Part shown: positions 58,453-64,000 of the stretch, piece after piece | Numbering within the stretch: position 1 is the stretch's first letter | Layout: every line of letters starts with the position of its first letter | Assembly: GCA_001766825.1 (NCBI GenBank) | Contig: LYOR01000001.1 | Coordinates: 30,945-94,944 of the forward strand | Source of the DNA: Candidatus Syntropharchaeum butanivorans | Lineage (GTDB): Archaea; Halobacteriota; Syntropharchaeia; Syntropharchaeales; Syntropharchaeaceae | DNA: 64,000 bases | Direction: 5' to 3' | Position numbers and translations under genes: made by a program | The notes under the pieces: generated by a model | The model's input: only the letters and a program-made list of their open reading frames with translations | What the model was told of the DNA's origin: nothing | Database searches by the model: none

Positions 58453-59418
58453 AGGAGGAATAAGCTCCACCCAGACTCCTCGATCCTCCTTCTTCGCGAG
58501 ATTATAAATAAGTTCTGCGGTTGCAGCATCCTGGATCGCAAGACCCGTCGAGTCAAAGAGTGTGATCTCATCAGCCCGGACCCTTCCAGGCTTCTTACCT
58601 GCAACAATCTCCCCAAGCTCAGCCCAGACGTGGTCCCGGGAGATGATCCCCCTCTTTAACGGAACGTTTATCTCACCACCGTTTGACGCCTGTTCGATCT
58701 CATCCACAACAACTTTTGCATCCTGAATTATTCTGGGATCAAGCTCCTGCTTACCGGGTGCATCAGACCCAATGGCATTGATGTGTGCCCCTTCACCGAT
58801 CCATTCCCGCCTTATGATCGGTTTTCTGGCGGGTGTAGTTGTTGAGAGGATGTCACATGCTGAGACCTCCTCAAGCGGTGCATAAACGATATTGTACCCT
58901 GAAGCATCTCTTTTAAGCTGCTGCATTTTCTCCTCTGAGATATCATATATCTTCACAAGATCGATATCAAAGACCTCAGATATCGCCAGAAGCTGTGACC
59001 TTGCCTGGACTCCACATCCCACAAGACCGAGTGTACTTGAATCGTTACGTGCAAGGTATTTTGAGGCAACGGCAGATGCAGCCCCGGTCCTGTACGTTGT
59101 AATGAGTGTTCCATCCATCACTGCAAGCGGGAAACCGGTTCTGGCATCATTCAGTATCACAACCGCCATCACAGTCGGATAACCACGGTTCTCTGGATGT
59201 GAGTTGACCCACTTGAGGGTTGCACATCTTCCGATCCGGGCAGGCATCGCCCTGAAATCCCCAGAAAACTCAGGGAGATCGAGGTAAACCTTCGGTGGCA
59301 TCCTGCACAACCCTTCTTCAAATCCTCTGAATGCGTTCTCAACAGCCTCGATTACCTTCTTCATCTCGATAAGGTCTTTGATATCCTTATGCATAAGTAT
59401 GAGCGTCTCTTCCCTCAT
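58438..59418 (-). CDS. ornithine-cyclodeaminase/mu-crystallin family protein (archaeal alanine-dehydrogenase-like)
   Basis: 326 aa. Rossmann LGLVGCGVQARSQL and the OCD_Mu_crystallin fold. The last 5 codons overlap the 5' end of tRNA-Thr. Confidence 0.7.
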   Translation of the reverse strand: MREETLILMHKDIKDLIEMKKVIEAVENAFRGFEEGLCRMPPKVYLDLPEFSGDFRAMPARIGRCATLKWVNSHPENRGYPTVMAVVILNDARTGFPLAVMDGTLITTYRTGAASAVASKYLARNDSSTLGLVGCGVQARSQLLAISEVFDIDLVKIYDISEEKMQQLKRDASGYNIVYAPLEEVSACDILSTTTPARKPIIRREWIGEGAHINAIGSDAPGKQELDPRIIQDAKVVVDEIEQASNGGEINVPLKRGIISRDHVWAELGEIVAGKKPGRVRADEITLFDSTGLAIQDAATAELIYNLAKKEDRGVWVELIPPAAVA

Positions 59419-60482
59419 TAAAAGACTTCCACTCTATCTTTTCTCATACAGGCAATGATATCAGAAGCTGTGGCCCTTCTGACGACGCTTCTAACCGGAT
59501 CTTTAAAGCCCTGCATATTTAAGCTTTTCCTGGATATAACTGTAATATCAGCATCTCTCCCCTCCATAATCCCGCAATATCCGGGATCAGCAAGGATCTT
59601 TCTCCCGTTTATCGTTGCCATTCTCAGAACCTCTCGATCATCAAGACGATAAACTTTTGAGAGAAACTCCATCTCTGTGAGAACGTCGGGCGAGTTCAGC
59701 ATCACGTTGTCAGTCCCGATACCGGTGAGAATTCCTGTATCAAGCATGCTAAGAAGGGGAGGTATCCCGACGCCGGTTAGAAGGTTTGACCTGATACAGA
59801 TGACAAGTGGGATATCAAGATCTGCCATCCGCCTGATATGACGTGTATCTGCATGGACCATATGTACAACGTGGTCAGGGTGAAGATCGAGCGCATCATC
59901 GATATCAGACCCATCGATCTCACCGGCATGGATTGCAAATGGCATACCGAGCTCTCTGGCCCGCTCTCTCATCTTTAAAAGCTCTTCTGGATCTGAATCA
60001 CCCGCCCCACTCACCCCGATACCATCCATAACATCCGGTGCAACCTCCTCCCTCCCAAATATCAGAGATTCAATGTTCATCCCGGATAAGGCAGCTCTCA
60101 GTGCCTCTGCACCGAAAGATCCCCCTTCCCTGAAGTCAGCAAAGAGTGATATCCCTGACCTTATCATCTGCATGATACTCACTCGCATCGAGTCTATGAG
60201 GGTCTCACGGTCAATATCTGCGAGAAGACGATGTTTCAGACCATGAGGTGGCTTCACAAGCTCATCAAGCGGCAGGTGTGGTGGATCTTTAAAAAACGAA
60301 TCTCCGATGTGTGTGTGTGCATTGACAAGCCCTGGTATGATGATCCCATCAATGACCGCATCAACCCCGCTTCCAGATCCAACCTCCTTTATGATCCCTT
60401 TCTCAACCACGAGGTATGAATCGGTCAGAACCTCAAGATCCTCCCCATATATGATGGTACCGGCCAGTATAACCTCACTCAT
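59418..60482 (-). CDS. amidohydrolase-family protein (chlorohydrolase/deaminase-like)
   Basis: 354 aa. GLVNAHTHIGDSFF (HxH metal site), later HAGE and a C-terminal D. Cytosine/guanine/MTA-deaminase-like TIM barrel. Confidence 0.65.
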   Translation of the reverse strand: MSEVILAGTIIYGEDLEVLTDSYLVVEKGIIKEVGSGSGVDAVIDGIIIPGLVNAHTHIGDSFFKDPPHLPLDELVKPPHGLKHRLLADIDRETLIDSMRVSIMQMIRSGISLFADFREGGSFGAEALRAALSGMNIESLIFGREEVAPDVMDGIGVSGAGDSDPEELLKMRERARELGMPFAIHAGEIDGSDIDDALDLHPDHVVHMVHADTRHIRRMADLDIPLVICIRSNLLTGVGIPPLLSMLDTGILTGIGTDNVMLNSPDVLTEMEFLSKVYRLDDREVLRMATINGRKILADPGYCGIMEGRDADITVISRKSLNMQGFKDPVRSVVRRATASDIIACMRKDRVEVF

Positions 60483-62149
60483 AGACCAAGCTCAGAATGA
60501 AGCCAATCTCCAAGCTCATCGATCGCCACCCGGACCTGCTCCATCGAATCCCGGAATCTCACGGTGACGGTATCATCTTCAAGCGTCTCATAGTCGATCG
60601 TGATGCAGAAAGGTGTCCCAATTTCATCCTGTCGTCGGTATCTGCGTCCGATTGTGCCAGATGCATCATACTCAACGATAAGACCCTGCCTCCGAAGCTG
60701 GCGATGGACATCTCGCGCAACCTTGACAAGCTCATCTCTTGCACCAAGAAGCGGAAGTACACACGCCTGAATCGGTGCGATAGAAGGGAGAAGTCTCAGA
60801 ACCACCCTCCTCTCCCCTTCAACCTCCTCCTCACTGAATGCATGCTCCAGAACCGCATAGAAGATGCGATCTATCCCAAACGAGGGCTCAATAACATGTG
60901 GTATGAGCCGTTCACCGCTAACCTCCTCCCGCACCTTCACACACTCAAACATATCCGGTGTGATCGTAACCTCCCTCCCCTCAAGCTCAAGCACGATCTC
61001 CTGATCTCCCACCTCATCGGGATCCATCGCCTCAAGTGCTGCCACAATACGCTTCGCATCCTGCTTGAACCTTGGGCCGATCACCTCCATCTTCGGTTTT
61101 ATCTTCCGCTTTTCGATGACTTTTGGCTTATCGTAGGCCATAAAAACACCAAGATCCACTTTTGATGCTTCCTGGTGTGCCTTAAGGTCATAATCTGTCC
61201 TATCTGCAATTCCAACAACTTCGATCCAGCCCAATCGATCCAGCAGAACCTCAGCATCCCAGCAATCTGATGCATAGTGAGCCATCTCATCCAGCATATG
61301 CTGCCTGAACCTCAGACGATCCTCTGAGATCCCGACAGCTGTAAGGAAGCGATAAGTGAGGTGTATATGGTATGCAAGAAGTTCATGTGCGATTATACCC
61401 TCTCTCACAGCATCAGCAAGCCTCCAGCGTGTGGGTTCATCCGCACCCCGGGGGAGAAGGGTTAAGACCTCATCTTTCACAAGATCAAAGCCCGGGTGGG
61501 TTTTTTCCTGAGGATTTACAAAGATCTCAGCCTCTGCCTGTGTAAACTCCCGGAGCCGTATCAATCCCTGCCTCGGAGATATCTCATTTCTGAAAGCTTT
61601 TCCTATCTGTACAATCCCAAACGGTATCTTCTCCCTGAAGAACCTCAAAAGCCTCGGGAAATCCACAAAGATTCCCTGTGCAGTCTCAGGTCTCAGGTAC
61701 CCTGCCCGTTTTGATCCAGGGCCAATAAAGCTCTTAAACATCAGGTTGAACTCAAATACATCTCCAAGCTCACCATCACATACCGGACATCTATCCCCGA
61801 TATGATCGGCTCTGAAGAACTCCTTGCATGATTTACACTCAACGATTGGGTCTGTGAAGCTTGCAAGATGGCCCGAAGCACGAAATATCTCCTCAACTCC
61901 GATGATCGGTGTCTCGATCTCATAGAACCCCTCTCCAATGACGTAAAACCTCCGCCATAAATGCTCGATATTCCTCTTTAATGCCGCGCCCAGTGGACCA
62001 TAGTCATAGAAGCCCGCAGTCCCACCGTATATCTCAAAGGAGGGCCATAAAAAGCCTCTTCTCTTTGCAAGCTCCATGACCTCTTCATAGATGTCCATGA
62101 GCCAATTAAAGGTGGGATGGTTAAAATATCTTCTCCCATCCCTGTCCAT
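60479..62149 (-). CDS. glyS: glycyl-tRNA synthetase (archaeal/eukaryotic-type, class II)
   Basis: 556 aa. N-terminal FEIYGGTAGFYDYGPLG, class II motifs 2 and 3, and a C-terminal anticodon-binding domain. Confidence 0.85.
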   Translation of the reverse strand: MDRDGRRYFNHPTFNWLMDIYEEVMELAKRRGFLWPSFEIYGGTAGFYDYGPLGAALKRNIEHLWRRFYVIGEGFYEIETPIIGVEEIFRASGHLASFTDPIVECKSCKEFFRADHIGDRCPVCDGELGDVFEFNLMFKSFIGPGSKRAGYLRPETAQGIFVDFPRLLRFFREKIPFGIVQIGKAFRNEISPRQGLIRLREFTQAEAEIFVNPQEKTHPGFDLVKDEVLTLLPRGADEPTRWRLADAVREGIIAHELLAYHIHLTYRFLTAVGISEDRLRFRQHMLDEMAHYASDCWDAEVLLDRLGWIEVVGIADRTDYDLKAHQEASKVDLGVFMAYDKPKVIEKRKIKPKMEVIGPRFKQDAKRIVAALEAMDPDEVGDQEIVLELEGREVTITPDMFECVKVREEVSGERLIPHVIEPSFGIDRIFYAVLEHAFSEEEVEGERRVVLRLLPSIAPIQACVLPLLGARDELVKVARDVHRQLRRQGLIVEYDASGTIGRRYRRQDEIGTPFCITIDYETLEDDTVTVRFRDSMEQVRVAIDELGDWLHSELGL

Positions 62150-62152
62150 CTT

Positions 62153-63835
62153 TTATGGAGCACTCATCCATCTTCTCAGAAGATAGATCGAGGACAGGAG
62201 GAGGAAGATCATGATGATGAGGATTATGACCATCTTCAGCGATATCCTGCCTCTATTCCAATCATCCAGAAACACATCACTGTAGTATTTACCGAGATCA
62301 GGGTTCTCGATGATGATCCCAATCTCCCTGTTGTATGTGGGGCTATGCCTGTTCCAGTTTATCGATGATATCAACACCTTCTTTCCATCTACGATAACAC
62401 CTTTATTATGGATCTTTCTGATTCCATCAAGCACGGCAAGCTTTGCTTCAAGATTCAGACCTTCACGGCGCGCGATACCATTCACATACCTGCATAGCTC
62501 ATCGTTATCATCACGCCCATCCAGATGGTACCACATCGAGTCAACGAGGATCTTGACCTCGACCCCTCTTCTTGCAGCATCAATTGCTGCCTCAAGGTAG
62601 GGGTTCTCACACTCCTCCCATCTTCTTCTTATGTAGGCCTGTTCGATGTAAAGCGTCTCATTTGCAGACTCAATCATCCTGATTATCGTATCGTAGTTGA
62701 GGCTGTTATCAGGTGCAATGATAAGCTCCATCCTGAAGCTCCCATTTATATCAATCGGATCAAAACCCCTTCTGTGGCGTGAAAAAATCTTTTTATCACG
62801 CTTTACTACTCCTTCTGGTAACTCTTCAACCTTTAAATCAATACCATGACCCCAGTCGTACTCAAAGACTGACAGAAGATCTGAAAAGATCTCCTCACTC
62901 CTTATAACAGCCCCCCACCCCCTGTTTCCAGCAAACCCCTGGGGTGGGAAGCCACCATCATTCCAGTTCTCAGATGAGATTATGACCGTATCATCATCGA
63001 TCAACGCATACTTCGCATGGTGGAGGCTGTAAAGCGTGGTATCTGCAAACCGCACGTGCCCACCATGAGCTGCAATCTCCCTGATGAGATCAAGCTCAAG
63101 CTCACTCACTCCCCCGACAGGATCCTGTTCCAGGAGAAGATACACTGTGCCACCCCGGTCAAGGGTATCAATGAGTGCACGCTCAATCTCATAGCTCTCA
63201 AATGTGTAAACACTCGCTCTGATGATAGACGCGTTCATGATCTCCCCAGTAAGCACTTCGAGGCTTGAGTCAGGTGATACAAAGGCTGTGATATTGCATG
63301 AGGCACTTCTTACAGGCGGCATGAAGTTTGACTGCCCCAGATAGTACTCCCGCAGTGGAAGCCACTCATAAGCAGTGTCTGTATCCTCATTGAGATAAAA
63401 TCTCCTGAATATACGGTTCTCTCTCGCTTTACCCAGCCCTCCACCACTCCATCCCTCTCCCTCGTAATCTGAGTCTCCGTAAATTACACAGTCGAGGATT
63501 TTTCCGTTCCTATCAAGTAATAAGACCTCATCCCCGCTGTTTTTTAGTGCAACCCCGCAGGATGGGAGGTCTATCCTGTATGAGGATCCTAGAGGTAGAT
63601 AGGTACATGGCGGTACTGTGATCCTCCCCTCCAGGTCTGTGATGACGAAGCCTGAGATGTTCATCCGCTGGTTCGTGGGGTTGGAGATTACAAGATACTC
63701 CCCTCGATCACCGGGTGTGGCAGGGTTTGGGAGAAGCTCAAGAATCACGGGGTGATCTATCGATGCGGATGATGGTATCGCGATACATGATAATAAAAGA
63801 AGAGAGATGATGAGTTGTGCAGGGTTAACCCTCAT
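62153..63835 (-). CDS. secreted lamin-tail-domain (LTD) protein fused to phospholipase-D-like domain with two HKD motifs; C-terminal TM anchor
   Basis: 560 aa. Signal peptide; LTD block ILELLPNPATPGDRGEYLVISNP..DLEG; HHAKYALIDDD and IHNKGVIVDG are the HxK(x)4D motifs; C-terminal MVIILIIMIFLLLSSIYLL. Confidence 0.6.
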   Translation of the reverse strand: MRVNPAQLIISLLLLSCIAIPSSASIDHPVILELLPNPATPGDRGEYLVISNPTNQRMNISGFVITDLEGRITVPPCTYLPLGSSYRIDLPSCGVALKNSGDEVLLLDRNGKILDCVIYGDSDYEGEGWSGGGLGKARENRIFRRFYLNEDTDTAYEWLPLREYYLGQSNFMPPVRSASCNITAFVSPDSSLEVLTGEIMNASIIRASVYTFESYEIERALIDTLDRGGTVYLLLEQDPVGGVSELELDLIREIAAHGGHVRFADTTLYSLHHAKYALIDDDTVIISSENWNDGGFPPQGFAGNRGWGAVIRSEEIFSDLLSVFEYDWGHGIDLKVEELPEGVVKRDKKIFSRHRRGFDPIDINGSFRMELIIAPDNSLNYDTIIRMIESANETLYIEQAYIRRRWEECENPYLEAAIDAARRGVEVKILVDSMWYHLDGRDDNDELCRYVNGIARREGLNLEAKLAVLDGIRKIHNKGVIVDGKKVLISSINWNRHSPTYNREIGIIIENPDLGKYYSDVFLDDWNRGRISLKMVIILIIMIFLLLSSIYLLRRWMSAP

Positions 63836-64000
63836 AAAGCACGCTTCCTCCAGCTATCACAATGCGTATATCATCTCTTGATGAAAGATAGACGTTGTAT
63901 GGGTCATCTTTCTCGGTTGTAACCGCTATAATATCCGCACACTTACCGGGCTCAAGCGATCCTGTCTGATCCTCCATCCCCAGTGCCTTTGCCCCATTTA
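63826..64000 (-). CDS. amidohydrolase-family protein, C-terminal fragment (5' part lies beyond the window)
   Basis: Minus frame reads ..GAKALGMEDQTGSLEPGKCADIIAVTTEKDDPYNVYLSSRDDIRIVIAGGSVLYEG*. GSLEPGKxADIIAV is the typical amidohydrolase C-terminal strand. Confidence 0.5.

Noticed and set aside
58351-58659. ORFs 58351..58659 (+) and 58416..58616 (-) overlapping tRNA-Thr
   Set aside because: They overlap a canonical tRNA and the OCD-family CDS and have no protein features.

Overview
This 64 kb window looks like a euryarchaeal methanogen chromosome. I infer this from gene content: formylmethanofuran dehydrogenase subunits, CetZ tubulin, an MtxX-like protein, split methylmalonyl-CoA mutase, glycerol-1-phosphate dehydrogenase and archaeal-type tRNA synthetases; I could not compute GC content, but coding is arginine-rich and does not look AT-poor. 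A Methanosarcinales/Methanothrix-like host is a guess only. Coding is dense, and the left ~14 kb is almost entirely minus-strand housekeeping genes. I can support roughly 70 CDS, two tRNAs (an intron-containing tRNA-Trp and a tRNA-Thr), one oligo-T terminator and one palindromic hairpin. The main hunt result is a ~11.4 kb integrated mobile element at 46940..58392. It is bounded by a 13-nt direct repeat that duplicates the 3' end of tRNA-Thr. It carries a tyrosine integrase, a 1015-aa primase-polymerase/helicase replication protein, several winged-helix, ribbon-helix-helix and AbrB-type DNA-binding proteins, and two large basic repeat-containing proteins of unknown function. Nothing in it resembles a known virus or plasmid family that I can name. 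Other notable items are: a bacterial-type stressosome module (RsbS-RsbT-RsbX) in an archaeon; a CetZ / membrane / HEAT-repeat cluster; an uncharacterised three-gene operon headed by a QueG-like protein whose Fe-S motifs are degenerate; a secreted lamin-tail-domain / phospholipase-D-like protein; and an AT-rich islet just left of the element. I found no CRISPR array and no rRNA.
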